Shown here: positions 19,822-29,283 of the stretch, piece after piece
Position numbering within the stretch: position 1 is the stretch's first letter
Layout of the letters: each line of letters begins with the position of its first letter
Assembly (NCBI GenBank): GCA_018819345.1
Contig: JAHJQG010000064.1
Span: forward strand, 33 to 64,032
Length of the DNA stretch: 64,000 bases
Direction: 5' to 3'
From: Nanobdellota archaeon
GTDB lineage: Archaea; Nanobdellota; Nanobdellia; Woesearchaeales; CG1-02-33-12
Notes under the pieces: model-generated
Seen by the model: the letters and a program-made list of their open reading frames with translations, nothing else
Database searches by the model: none
What the model was told of the DNA's origin: nothing
Program-made: the position numbers and the translations under genes

Positions 19822-20517
19822 ATGAAAGACATTTATAATGTTCCTCAGAATGAATTAATAGAAAAAACAGCCTTAGAACTCAAAAAAATACCCTCTATAA
19901 AGCCCCCTGCATGGGCAGAGTTTGTTAAGACAGGCACTCATAAGGAAAGACCCCCTTCAAGAGATGATTGGTGGTATGTGAGAGCTGCTGCTATATTAAG
20001 AACAACCCACAAGCTTGGACCAATAGGGGTATCAAAGCTAAGGGCAAAATATGGCGGCAAAAAGAACAGGGGTGTTAAGCCAGAAAAATTTTATAGTGGC
20101 TCTGGAAAGATAATAAGAACAATATTACAACAGCTTGAAGAAGCAGAACTTGTAAAGAAAGCAGAAAAAGGTGTTCATAAAGGAAGGATAATTGCCCCAA
20201 AAGGAATATCCATTCTTGATAAAACTGCTGCCCAGATTTCTGGCAAAAAACCACAAGCAGCACAAAAAGCAAAACCTTCTGAATTAAAAAAAGAAATCAA
20301 AAAACCAGAAGTAATTGAGAAAAAACCCAAGGATATTAAGGAGAAGCCAAAAGAAGAAAAACCTATTGCTCAAAAAACAGAAAAAGTTGAGAAAAAACCA
20401 GAAGTAAAAAAACAGGATATCAAAACTGAAAAATCACAAGAAATCAAGAAATCAGCAGAAGAAAAAAAGGAAAAAGTACCAACTGCTGCTGAGCTGGCAA
20501 AAAAAGCAAAAAAATGA
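19822..20517 (+). CDS. rps19e: ribosomal protein S19e with a Lys/Glu-rich C-terminal extension
   Basis: S19e core (PPAWAEFVKTG...DDWWYVRAA...) followed by roughly 85 aa of KE-rich tail. Confidence 0.8.
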   Translation: MKDIYNVPQNELIEKTALELKKIPSIKPPAWAEFVKTGTHKERPPSRDDWWYVRAAAILRTTHKLGPIGVSKLRAKYGGKKNRGVKPEKFYSGSGKIIRTILQQLEEAELVKKAEKGVHKGRIIAPKGISILDKTAAQISGKKPQAAQKAKPSELKKEIKKPEVIEKKPKDIKEKPKEEKPIAQKTEKVEKKPEVKKQDIKTEKSQEIKKSAEEKKEKVPTAAELAKKAKK

Positions 20518-20834
20518 ATGATATTGAAGAACTTAAAAGAAAAAAGCTTGAGGAACTTCAAACACAGCAACAAGAGGCTGATTCAGGAGAAGCACAAATA
20601 CAGCAACAGATTGCAGAGCTTGAACTTATGGTCAAGCATGTGCTTACAAAAAAAGCATTGGAACGATATGGCAACCTAAAAACAGCACATCCTGATACTG
20701 CAGTTCAGCTGCTTGTTTTATTGGGTCAGGCAATACAAACTGGCCAGATAAAAACAGTTGATGATAATGCATTGAAAAACCTTTTAATGAGATTACAGCC
20801 AAAAAAACACAAATTCAAAATGATAAGGAAATAA
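20514..20834 (+). CDS. PDCD5/TFAR19-like DNA-binding protein
   Basis: It occupies the conserved archaeal position between rps19e and rpl39e. The helical KE-rich sequence fits that family. Confidence 0.6.
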   Translation: MNDIEELKRKKLEELQTQQQEADSGEAQIQQQIAELELMVKHVLTKKALERYGNLKTAHPDTAVQLLVLLGQAIQTGQIKTVDDNALKNLLMRLQPKKHKFKMIRK

Positions 20835-20835
20835 A

Positions 20836-21009
20836 ATGGCACGCTACAAACATCTAAGCAGGAAATTAAGGCTTGCAAAATTGCACAAGCAGACTAGATG
20901 GGCCCCCTTCTGGACAGTCATGAAAATCTATGGAAAGGGAAGAAGAATTCATCCTGGAAGGCATACTGAGATAAAGAGATCATGGAGAAGAACAAAGACA
21001 AAGGCATGA
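20836..21009 (+). CDS. rpl39e: ribosomal protein L39e
   Basis: Hand translation gives MARYKHLSRKLRLAKLHKQTRWAPFWTVMKIYGKGRRIHPGRHTEIKRSWRRTKTKA (57 aa). It is not in the ORF track because it is under 60 aa. Confidence 0.8.
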   Translation: MARYKHLSRKLRLAKLHKQTRWAPFWTVMKIYGKGRRIHPGRHTEIKRSWRRTKTKA

Positions 21010-21509
21010 AAATGGCAAAAAAAGAGGAAAAATCAAAGGTTGTTCTGGAAAGGGAATATATAATTCCCCTTAGAAAGGAATTTCAGAAGGCCCCAAGCTA
21101 CAAAAGGGCAAAGAAGACAATCAAGGCCTTAAAAGAATTCTTAGCAAAGCACATGAAATCAGATAACATCAAGATAGGCAAATATCTAAATCTCAAGGTT
21201 TGGGAGCACGGGATAAAAAATCCACCACATAAAGTCAAGGTCAAGGTTGAGAAATATGATGACGGCCTCATTAAAGCAGAGCTTACAGATGCTCCTGTTG
21301 AAAAGCCAAAAGAAGAAAAAAAGAAAACAACACTAGAAAAACAAGAGAAAAAGCAACCTGAAAAGAAACCAGAAGAGAAGAAAGAAGAGCCTGCAAAGGA
21401 GAAGAAAAAAGAAGAACCAAAAGAAACAAAGAGTAAAGAAAAGAAGCCAGCAGAAGATAAAAAAGCAGTTAAAGAAGAAAAATTAAAAGTAAAAAAGAGT
21501 TCTAACTAA
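21006..21509 (+). CDS. rpl31e: ribosomal protein L31e with a Lys/Glu-rich C-terminal extension
   Basis: L31e core (EREYIIPLRK...KALKEFLAKH...VWEHGIKNPP) followed by a KE-rich tail. The ATG overlaps the rpl39e stop. Confidence 0.75.
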   Translation: MKMAKKEEKSKVVLEREYIIPLRKEFQKAPSYKRAKKTIKALKEFLAKHMKSDNIKIGKYLNLKVWEHGIKNPPHKVKVKVEKYDDGLIKAELTDAPVEKPKEEKKKTTLEKQEKKQPEKKPEEKKEEPAKEKKKEEPKETKSKEKKPAEDKKAVKEEKLKVKKSSN

Positions 21510-21516
21510 AAACCAA

Positions 21517-21744
21517 ATGAAAAAAGATGATAATAAAGAGGATAGCATAAACAATAAAGTAAAGTTTGTTGATGAAGAAGGTAAAACTGAATTTTTTCTT
21601 AAAGGTGAAGGTAAGGAATATGAAAAGGGGGAGACTATCCACTACAAGAATAAGGAATATAAGGTAATTGATAGAGTAATTGATTACTTTAAAAGAAAAA
21701 TTAGTTATTATAAAGTAAAATTATTTAAGAATAGCTTTCATTAA
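21517..21744 (+). CDS. small hypothetical protein
   Basis: ORF only; Lys-rich. Confidence 0.3.
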   Translation: MKKDDNKEDSINNKVKFVDEEGKTEFFLKGEGKEYEKGETIHYKNKEYKVIDRVIDYFKRKISYYKVKLFKNSFH

Positions 21745-21783
21745 ATCAAAACCTTATTAAATAACAGAAAACTCTTTTTAGGC

Positions 21784-22779
21784 ATGGAAAAAGATTTACT
21801 GCCATTTGAAAACATTAAAAGAAAGATTCTGGTTAGAAAGAAATCTATAACCTCATCCAAGTTTGGATGCGAGCCAGATAAAAGACATGTAAAAGAGCTA
21901 ATAAACTATGGCATTGTGAATATAGACAAGCCCCCTGGGCCAACTTCACATCAGGTTAGTGCATATGTTCAGAAAATCCTTAATATAAGCAAGGCAGGCC
22001 ACTCAGGAACTCTTGACCCGGGTGTTACTGGTGTTTTGCCAATAGCTACTGGCAGGGCAACAAGAGTAGTGCAGACATTGCTTAAAGCAGGCAAAGAATA
22101 TGTTGGATTGATGCATGTACACAAAGAAATTCCAGAGCATGAGATTTATACAACATGTAATGATTTTGTGGGCAAGATAATGCAGATGCCGCCTATAAAG
22201 AGTTCTGTTAAAAGGCAGCTGCGATCAAGGCAGGTTTATTACTTTGATATTTTGGAGATTGAAGGCCAGGATGTCTTATTTAAGGTTGGCTGCCAGGCAG
22301 GAACATACATAAGAAAGCTTGTACATGATATTGGCCAAAAGCTTGGCTGCGGGGCTCATATGGCTGAATTAAGAAGGACAAAGGCAGGACCATTTAATGA
22401 AAGCACAAATCTTATCACATTACAGGATTTAACTGATGCTTTCTATTATTACAAAGAAGAAGGAAATGAAAAATACTTGAGTTATTGCATACAGCCAATA
22501 GAAAATGCTGTTAAACATCTTCCAAAAATTTATGTATTAGATAGTGCTGTTGACAGCTTATGCCATGGCGCAAACCTTAATGTGCCTGGAATCTCAAAGC
22601 TTGAGTCTGGCATAAGCGTGCAAGATATTGTTGCTATTATAACATTAAAGGGAGAGCTTATCTGCTATGGAACTTCAAAGCTGGATTCTGAGGAAATGTT
22701 AGGTGAGAAAGGCCTTGCTATAAAAACAGAAAAGGTTTTCATGCTGCCTGGAACATATCCAGGGATTGAGAAAGCTTAA
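21784..22779 (+). CDS. cbf5: H/ACA RNP pseudouridine synthase Cbf5 (TruB family with PUA domain)
   Basis: TruB motif GHSGTLDPGVTGVLP and a C-terminal PUA-like region. Confidence 0.85.
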   Translation: MEKDLLPFENIKRKILVRKKSITSSKFGCEPDKRHVKELINYGIVNIDKPPGPTSHQVSAYVQKILNISKAGHSGTLDPGVTGVLPIATGRATRVVQTLLKAGKEYVGLMHVHKEIPEHEIYTTCNDFVGKIMQMPPIKSSVKRQLRSRQVYYFDILEIEGQDVLFKVGCQAGTYIRKLVHDIGQKLGCGAHMAELRRTKAGPFNESTNLITLQDLTDAFYYYKEEGNEKYLSYCIQPIENAVKHLPKIYVLDSAVDSLCHGANLNVPGISKLESGISVQDIVAIITLKGELICYGTSKLDSEEMLGEKGLAIKTEKVFMLPGTYPGIEKA

Positions 22780-23386
22780 TATGATTAAATACAATTCAAA
22801 GGAAATTATCATTGCATTATTAATAGCTTTTATAATTATCCTTGGCTCTTTTAACTATCATCTTTATTCAACATGCTTTCATGGCTCGCTTATAAAAAAA
22901 TATTCAGATAATCCTACCTATTTAGAAATTGACAAAGATGTAACAAGATACATAACCGGCTTTAGTTCAGAATTAAATGTTGATTTCAATGAAGATGAGA
23001 AATCTCATATGGTTGATGTTAAAAGATTGATTATGTTTGAACAGCTTCTTTTTATTTTTTTAATGGTTTGGCTTTTTATTTTAATTAAAAAAAGAAAAAT
23101 AAATTATTTACACCTAAAAAAAGTTGCTTTGATAGTAATTTTAACTGCAATATTCTCTTTAATTGCTTCGCTATTTTTTAACAGGTTTTTTGAATTATTT
23201 CACTTAATCTTTTTTCCAATGGGCAACTGGCAGTTTAATGCAGGCTCATTAATGATTCAGACTTACCAGCAGGCTTTTTTCCAGTGGTTTTTCATAAGAA
23301 CGATTTTGGCTGCTATTTTTATTTCATTATTAATTTATTTTGTATTGAATTTGAGTTTAAATAAAAACAAAAGAATAAATATTTAA
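22766..23386 (+). CDS. integral membrane protein
   Basis: Four or more TM helices. Confidence 0.4.
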   Translation: MRKLNMIKYNSKEIIIALLIAFIIILGSFNYHLYSTCFHGSLIKKYSDNPTYLEIDKDVTRYITGFSSELNVDFNEDEKSHMVDVKRLIMFEQLLFIFLMVWLFILIKKRKINYLHLKKVALIVILTAIFSLIASLFFNRFFELFHLIFFPMGNWQFNAGSLMIQTYQQAFFQWFFIRTILAAIFISLLIYFVLNLSLNKNKRINI

Positions 23387-23409
23387 AATAAAGTACTTTA
23401 TTTAGTTAT

Positions 23410-24009
23410 ATGGGACTAAGTTGTATTCATTATATTACAATAACATTCTTCTCAGGGATCCTGATTGGAAAATTTTCCTGCGAAATTGGGGATTTTATAT
23501 CGAGAATTTTATCAATTATACTTTTCCCTAGAATTATAAGATTTGTTAAAAGAAATAAAGATTATGAATCAGAAGGAAAACACAGGGCAATAATAATAGC
23601 AAATGATTATAAATTCAATAAAGAAAGTTTTTATGTTGATGGTGCCGAGATTTTAATAAGGTATTTTCTAAAAAATAAAATTCCTTATAAAGTTTATGAT
23701 AAGATTAACAAACAAAAGTTTAAAGAAATCATTTTAAATAATAATATAGAACATGTTTATATATTTGGGCATGGTTCAAAACACAAAATCACAATTAAAA
23801 AGAAAGAATATTTGTTTTATTGTGAATTTGAAGGTTATCCTAAAAATAAAGAATTTATTGGACAATTTCATTGCAATGTTGGAGGAGGAAAATCTCTTGC
23901 AGAATACATAGCAAAAAATCCAAAAAAATGTTTTGTAACAAATAATATGAGATGGTTTGGTAATAACTGGGAAGATATCAAAAAATTAATTAAGAATTCT
24001 AAAATTTAA
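23410..24009 (+). CDS. hypothetical protein
   Basis: ORF only. Confidence 0.3.
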   Translation: MGLSCIHYITITFFSGILIGKFSCEIGDFISRILSIILFPRIIRFVKRNKDYESEGKHRAIIIANDYKFNKESFYVDGAEILIRYFLKNKIPYKVYDKINKQKFKEIILNNNIEHVYIFGHGSKHKITIKKKEYLFYCEFEGYPKNKEFIGQFHCNVGGGKSLAEYIAKNPKKCFVTNNMRWFGNNWEDIKKLIKNSKI

Positions 24010-24015
24010 TAAAGT

Positions 24016-24312
24016 TTAATCATCAACAGTAAATAATTTAGAATCATTTACATCAAAGAGTTTTATTCTTGCGCCTGCATCAAGCCAGCCATGTGCATAG
24101 CTCAGGGCCGCGAATGCATTCACATAATCATCTTTTTCCCTGAAGTATTTGGCATCTTTGTAGTAACGCTTGGCCATGTCAAGGAAATCAGCAGCAAACT
24201 CTTTCTTTGATTTATCTTTTGAGATATTGCCTCTGGCCTTTTTCAGTGCTTGGCCTGTAATATCAAAGTACTTCTCCAGCTTTTCATCTGTTATTTCTCT
24301 CATTCTATTCAA
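24016..24312 (-). CDS. conserved small archaeal protein (DUF357-like?)
   Basis: Helical 98-aa protein containing YAHGWLDAGARI. The family assignment is made from memory only. Confidence 0.35.
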   Translation of the reverse strand: MNRMREITDEKLEKYFDITGQALKKARGNISKDKSKKEFAADFLDMAKRYYKDAKYFREKDDYVNAFAALSYAHGWLDAGARIKLFDVNDSKLFTVDD

Positions 24313-24382
24313 AAAAATTCTTTTTGTTTTTATAGTTTTGGATTTAGAAAAGATTATATAGAACCAAGGTATAATAAATTAA

Positions 24383-25039
24383 ATGTTTCAATGGGATAAG
24401 ATATACAAAAAAGAAGGTAAGAAGTATGGGTATTATGATATATTTAAACCGCATGAAGATATGCCCAATGTATTGACTATCTTTAAAAAACAAAAGGTTA
24501 AAAGAGTTCTCAACTTAGGCTGTGGTGCTGGCAGAAATCTTGTTTATTTATTAGAAAAGGGCTTTGATATGTATGGCATAGATTGTGCACCTGAAGGGCT
24601 GAGAATCATCAAAGAGAGGTTAAAAAAGGAAAAAAGAAAATGCAACCTTAATTTAGGCAATATCTTCAATAAACTTCCTTATGAGGATAATTTTTTTGAT
24701 GCAGTGATTAGTGTTCAAGTCTTACAGCACGGTAAAATCAGTGAAATAAAAAGAGCAATAAAAGAAATTGAGAGGGTGCTGAAGCCAGGGGGGCTTATTT
24801 TTATAACCCTTAGCGGAAGAATTTCCAAGGGCAGGGTTAGACCTTACCTTATAAAGACAGCTAAAAAAATAGCTCCAAGAACATATGTTCCAACAATGGG
24901 CAATGAAAAAGGATTGACCCACTTTATCTATAATAAAAAACTTATAAAAAAACATTACCATAATTTTAAAATTCTCAAAATCTGGAAAGACAGCAGGGAT
25001 TATTACTGTTTTATAGCTCAAAATAAAAACAAGGCTTAA
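24383..25039 (+). CDS. class I SAM-dependent methyltransferase
   Basis: Motif I VLNLGCGAGRN and an acidic post-I residue. Confidence 0.7.
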   Translation: MFQWDKIYKKEGKKYGYYDIFKPHEDMPNVLTIFKKQKVKRVLNLGCGAGRNLVYLLEKGFDMYGIDCAPEGLRIIKERLKKEKRKCNLNLGNIFNKLPYEDNFFDAVISVQVLQHGKISEIKRAIKEIERVLKPGGLIFITLSGRISKGRVRPYLIKTAKKIAPRTYVPTMGNEKGLTHFIYNKKLIKKHYHNFKILKIWKDSRDYYCFIAQNKNKA

Positions 25040-25170
25040 CTACAAATCTCTATCATAAATGAAGAAATCATCTGGTTTAACAACTCTTTCCAGTTGAGAC
25101 TAATTTGTAACTATTTTTAAAAAGCAACAAAAACAAAAGGTTTATAAATTTTTATTTTAAGTAATTTAAA

Positions 25171-26442
25171 ATGGACACAGTAAATATAATTTATGTCAAA
25201 GCTCTTAGGGAAAATGGCCAGAAAGATATGCCGGACCAAAGAATAAAACAAGCAGTTGAGAATATAAATGAAACATACAAAAGAGTTGGTGTGCCATATA
25301 AACTGAAGTTATTTGATATTGAATCTTTTTTAAACAAGTTTAGCAAAAAAGAATTGACTGAAATCATTGGAACTGATGGCAGAAAATCAGACTTAATAGA
25401 AAAAATACAAGAGGAAATTCCATTTGAGGAAGCAAGAAGAAGAGAAGGAGTTATATTAAAAGATGGAGAATGGTACCATAATGACAAAAAGCTTGAACCC
25501 CTTAAGTTAGAAGACATAACAATTGATTATGAGAATTTTAAATTCATAAGGAAGTTTGATTTTCATCAAGATCCTGAAAAATATGATACAAATGGTTGGA
25601 AAATACATTGTATGTTTAATAAAAAAGATCAAAATAATATAATTCATCAAGTTAAGTATTCTAAGAAACAATTTGCTGAAAAATATGTTCCTAAATTAAA
25701 AAATAAAATCAAAGAAGTATTTGAAGACAAAGTAAAAAAATATAATAACATAAAAAGATTAGAAAATTTGATTAATGATTACTTAACTAATAGTTACTTA
25801 AAAGGAAATGTGGAGGCATTTAATAAAAATTACAAACCTTATGAGTTACCAAGCATTAAAATGATAGATTTATGTATGATTTATCTAAATTCCATACAAG
25901 ATAAACCAAAGAAGAAATTTGAGTTTGAAAGATTTATTGAAATAATAAATAATGGATTCAAAATAAATAGTGAAGGGTATTTAATAAGGATAAAACCTTC
26001 TCAGGGGTATGAATCGGCAGATTATCCCTATCTCAATAAACTAACTAAATTTATTAATCAACAAGAAGGTAATAATAAAAAATTATATGTATTAACAGAT
26101 AAATTTTCACCAAATGTAAAAATAATTCCCTCGGACAAATTATTTTACTTTATGTTTAGGCAATATAACGATTTTTATAGTGGTATAAGATGTGTAGGCA
26201 ACTTAAGCAACCTAAGAGAAGAAAGTGTAAGATTTCTATTAGAACATGAGTTGTGTCATTTGTTAGATAATGATTGTGATGATGTTGGGGACAGTAAATT
26301 TACTATTCATAGTATGAGTGATACAAGACTAATGTCTGCTCCGGCGCATTATGTTGATTTAAGAACTGGGAAGATTGATTTTAACTTAGGAAAAATTTCA
26401 GATGAGTCTGTAAGGGAAGCCTACAAAAACATAATAAAATGA
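25171..26442 (+). CDS. hypothetical protein, first gene of the accessory array; contains HELCH (HExxH)
   Basis: ORF of 423 aa, Lys/Asn-rich. The single HExxH occurrence EHELCHLLDNDCDD lies near the C-terminus. Confidence 0.4.
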   Translation: MDTVNIIYVKALRENGQKDMPDQRIKQAVENINETYKRVGVPYKLKLFDIESFLNKFSKKELTEIIGTDGRKSDLIEKIQEEIPFEEARRREGVILKDGEWYHNDKKLEPLKLEDITIDYENFKFIRKFDFHQDPEKYDTNGWKIHCMFNKKDQNNIIHQVKYSKKQFAEKYVPKLKNKIKEVFEDKVKKYNNIKRLENLINDYLTNSYLKGNVEAFNKNYKPYELPSIKMIDLCMIYLNSIQDKPKKKFEFERFIEIINNGFKINSEGYLIRIKPSQGYESADYPYLNKLTKFINQQEGNNKKLYVLTDKFSPNVKIIPSDKLFYFMFRQYNDFYSGIRCVGNLSNLREESVRFLLEHELCHLLDNDCDDVGDSKFTIHSMSDTRLMSAPAHYVDLRTGKIDFNLGKISDESVREAYKNIIK

Positions 26443-26472
26443 TATTTCTTATAAATTGTTTTGAATAATCTC

Positions 26473-26530
26473 CGGTTTATTTCTAAGAATTAACATTATG
26501 TTCGGAAAAATGCCTCTTTTTTCTCAGAAA
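26473..26530 (+). promoter_or_regulatory. conserved upstream element, copy A (CGGTTTAT...TTCGGAAAAATGCCTCTTTTTTCTCAGAAA)
   Basis: Near-identical to copy B at 29165-29223 and related to copies C and D. It is followed by an A/T-rich TATA-like stretch. Confidence 0.5.
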
Positions 26531-26724
26531 CTATTATTAAAACATTTTATTCCACTAGTCTGTGACTAGTGGTTTATAATTGAATAAAATGTGCTCAAGA
26601 GTGAGGAGGCCGAGCCAGCAGGGCGAGCATGCTGCCAGTCTATGACTGGCAGTGCCTCCGAGCTTTTGACAAATATTTATTTCATTTAAATGTTTATTAA
26701 AACAAATTTTCGAGGTAAAATAAA

Positions 26725-27129
26725 ATGGAAGAAAATATGTCTTATATTGCAAGTATATCACTTAGATTTGGAGGGGAGAGTATAATTAAAGATGTAACCA
26801 AAAAATTGAATAAAACACCCAATTTAACAATTGAGCAATTGATAAATTCCCTAATAAAAGATGAAGGGAATTTTAATGAAGAAGAAAAAGAGATAATGAA
26901 TTATATTAAGTTTGATATGCAAAGACGCAAAGAATCAGGATGGCATAGATTTAGATTAGGTGTAAAAGCATTAAATGAGTCTGGTGAATATAGGACTTTT
27001 CCAACCAATGATGGCGATAATATTACAAAAATAAACCGTACAGAAATAGCAAAAAACTACTTTGAACCAAGAAAAATTGAGGGTACGAGTTATAAAGGAT
27101 TGGATTTGGAGGTCTATGCAAGAGGATGA
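26725..27129 (+). CDS. small cysteine-free protein, paralogue A (ends ...LDLEVYARG)
   Basis: Aligns along its whole length with 29284..29724 (PNLTI, LIKDxGF, EEKEIM, LNExG, IAKxYFEP, GLxLEV). A GAGGT ribosome-binding site lies 8 nt upstream. Confidence 0.6.
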   Translation: MEENMSYIASISLRFGGESIIKDVTKKLNKTPNLTIEQLINSLIKDEGNFNEEEKEIMNYIKFDMQRRKESGWHRFRLGVKALNESGEYRTFPTNDGDNITKINRTEIAKNYFEPRKIEGTSYKGLDLEVYARG

Positions 27130-27161
27130 AAAAAACACATATAGCTTAATTATTGAATATT

Positions 27162-27224
27162 TTCCGTTTAAAAAGTAAAATCTGTAAATATAACGGAAAT
27201 TCTCATCTTTTTTCTTGGAAATGC
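27162..27224 (+). promoter_or_regulatory. conserved upstream element, copy C (AACGGAAATTCTCATCTTTTTTCTTGGAAATGC)
   Basis: Shares the CGGAAA-N14(T-rich)-GGAAA core with copies A, B and D. It lies about 35 bp upstream of the 27257 gene. Confidence 0.45.
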
Positions 27225-27256
27225 TTATTAAAAATAAGTGCTAATGTTATTTCAAG

Positions 27257-27763
27257 ATGGAATTAAAAAGAACCATGGGAATTTTGTTTTTGACAGGTGC
27301 TATTGCAGCAACAAGTTATCTTGGTGCCGGATGTGCAAAAACAGAGAAAACAAAACCCATTGTTCAGAAAAAGGTGATTGTGGTGACTGAAAAACAAGAG
27401 CAGCCAATGTATGGCATTGCCGGAAAAAATATTGATGAGTTTTTGGATTATACAGAACAAATTATTAAGGAAAATCATGAGGAGTTTAAGGATTACATTC
27501 TGAATATAAGCAAAATTGGTATTGACAAAGGTTATGATAAAGAGATAGCAAACATGTTCAGTGATGAGCTTCTAGAGAAAAGAATAAGTGAGATGCCTAA
27601 TGAGAGAAAGCTCAGGATAATAAAGCCATTAATAAGTGAAAAAATTGGTAATACATATAATAAAATTGTAGATTTTGCTGAAGAACAAAAGCCAAAAGTC
27701 AAAGAATTCTATAAAAACCTGGAAAAGAAAGCCAACGATTATCTAAAAGGGGGTGAAGAGTGA
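27257..27763 (+). CDS. putative secreted protein or lipoprotein
   Basis: Signal peptide with the lipobox-like LGAGC. Confidence 0.45.
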   Translation: MELKRTMGILFLTGAIAATSYLGAGCAKTEKTKPIVQKKVIVVTEKQEQPMYGIAGKNIDEFLDYTEQIIKENHEEFKDYILNISKIGIDKGYDKEIANMFSDELLEKRISEMPNERKLRIIKPLISEKIGNTYNKIVDFAEEQKPKVKEFYKNLEKKANDYLKGGEE

Positions 27764-28000
27764 ATGGGCCTTATCAGATTTGGCTTTAAGGTATTGAAGT
27801 ATTTTGCGATATTCTCCATTGGGTATTACATGGGTGGCGGATGCGAAAAAATAGACATAAATAATGAAATAAAAAAAGACATCAGTTATACAAGACCTGC
27901 TTATTACCAGACTGTTGATAAAAAAGTTATGAAAGATATCACACAACTTAATGGGCTTGAAAAAAGCCTAGCATTATATTATCCAATAAATAAAAAATAA
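27764..28000 (+). CDS. small putative lipoprotein
   Basis: Hydrophobic N-terminus followed by GGGC. Confidence 0.35.
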   Translation: MGLIRFGFKVLKYFAIFSIGYYMGGGCEKIDINNEIKKDISYTRPAYYQTVDKKVMKDITQLNGLEKSLALYYPINKK

Positions 28001-28006
28001 TAAAAG

Positions 28007-29095
28007 GTGAGAAAAATGGATGAAGATTTAGTAGAAAAAATTAAATCAAACAGAATGAATTGTTCAAAAAACAACCAAGGGTCAGTAATTGAAAAACTTA
28101 AAAAATATGGGGTTTTAGAAGATAGGTATAAAAATAAGTATTATCCAGAAGAAATCTCAATAGTAGCTACACTAAAAAATTCAAGAAGACCTTCAAGTGA
28201 GGCTGATTTCATTGGACTAGGAGAAACTGTGAAAGATATAGCTAAATTAAATCTGGAGATGAACAGAAAACTTCTTGCCGGTAAACCAATCCCATACAAA
28301 ATTTTTGTATATTCAGTAGATTTTATTAAAACAAAAATCTTTGGTAAAGAGGCATACTCAATAGAGGACATATTTGACAGACAAATAAATAATATAAAAA
28401 ACCTGGATTCAAACTTAACATGTATAATTTTTAGCTCAAGAAAGGAATTATGTAAATTAATAAAATATAGGGGCGAAGTAAATAAAGAATGGGAGGGTAA
28501 CATAAAAAAATATAATAAATTAGAGAAAGAAGGAAAAATAATAAAGCAATTATATTCAGAAGCAGATGAAGAATTTAAATCAACAAAAAAAGGTGATGAG
28601 AAATATTTTACTCTTAAGGATGCATGTGAAAACTTAAAAAGGGAGTTAGATGGAATTTCACACCAAAAAGATCTTGCCGCTAATAAAGTAAAAGACAGGG
28701 ATAAAGAAGATAATATTCTTAGGGATCTTGAAGACATGCTTACTACTGGAATAAAGGTTTGTGAAACAGTCAGTGATAAAACGGGGGGAATACTACGTTA
28801 TGTTATAAACACAAAAAAACAATGGGATACCCTCGTTTCCGGAGGCAGGATTGTTGAAGCATTATATGAATCTGTTGCCATGTTGGGTAATTATTCAAAT
28901 AATTTACATGGGAGATTAAATGAAGGTATAAAAAAGATGGGTGGCGTTGCAAATAATCCAAATGTCCTTAATAGCTATTATTTAAAAACACATAAAGGGA
29001 TTAAACAAATAGCAGATAATGTTTCAATGGCTCACTTTAATAGAGTTGAAAATTTGGATAATCAAATGAATGAGTATCTTAATAGTACTGATTAA
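28007..29095 (+). CDS. hypothetical protein (GTG start), coiled-coil rich
   Basis: ORF only. Confidence 0.35.
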   Translation: MRKMDEDLVEKIKSNRMNCSKNNQGSVIEKLKKYGVLEDRYKNKYYPEEISIVATLKNSRRPSSEADFIGLGETVKDIAKLNLEMNRKLLAGKPIPYKIFVYSVDFIKTKIFGKEAYSIEDIFDRQINNIKNLDSNLTCIIFSSRKELCKLIKYRGEVNKEWEGNIKKYNKLEKEGKIIKQLYSEADEEFKSTKKGDEKYFTLKDACENLKRELDGISHQKDLAANKVKDRDKEDNILRDLEDMLTTGIKVCETVSDKTGGILRYVINTKKQWDTLVSGGRIVEALYESVAMLGNYSNNLHGRLNEGIKKMGGVANNPNVLNSYYLKTHKGIKQIADNVSMAHFNRVENLDNQMNEYLNSTD

Positions 29096-29164
29096 TACAA
29101 CCCAAGATACATACCAATTATTTTATTTAATTTTTAATTATTTATTTAACAGCTGAATATTTTT

Positions 29165-29223
29165 CGGTTTATCTCTAAAGATTCACATTAACTTCGGAAA
29201 AATACCTCTTTTTTCTCGGAAAT
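29165..29223 (+). promoter_or_regulatory. conserved upstream element, copy B (CGGTTTATCTCTAAAGATTCACATTAACTTCGGAAAAATACCTCTTTTTTCTCGGAAAT)
   Basis: About 90% identical to copy A across roughly 58 bp. It is followed by CATATAAAAAG (TATA-like) and a GGAGGT ribosome-binding site before the 29284 ATG. Confidence 0.5.
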
Positions 29224-29283
29224 GCATATAAAAAGAAAATCATTCTTATTACTTAAAAAATTAAAAATTTTTGGAGGTAAAAA

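Noticed and set aside
26497-26568. Short ORF MFGKMPLFSQKLLLKHFIPLVCD beginning inside the conserved upstream element.
   Set aside because: The ATG and reading frame are not preserved in the near-identical copy B at 29165-29223, so the conservation is at the DNA level, not the peptide level.
26555-26761. A 68-aa ORF on the minus strand covering the GC-rich hairpin region.
   Set aside because: It overlaps the palindromic element and the start of paralogue A. It has no ribosome-binding site or conservation logic, so the region is more likely RNA or operator than protein.
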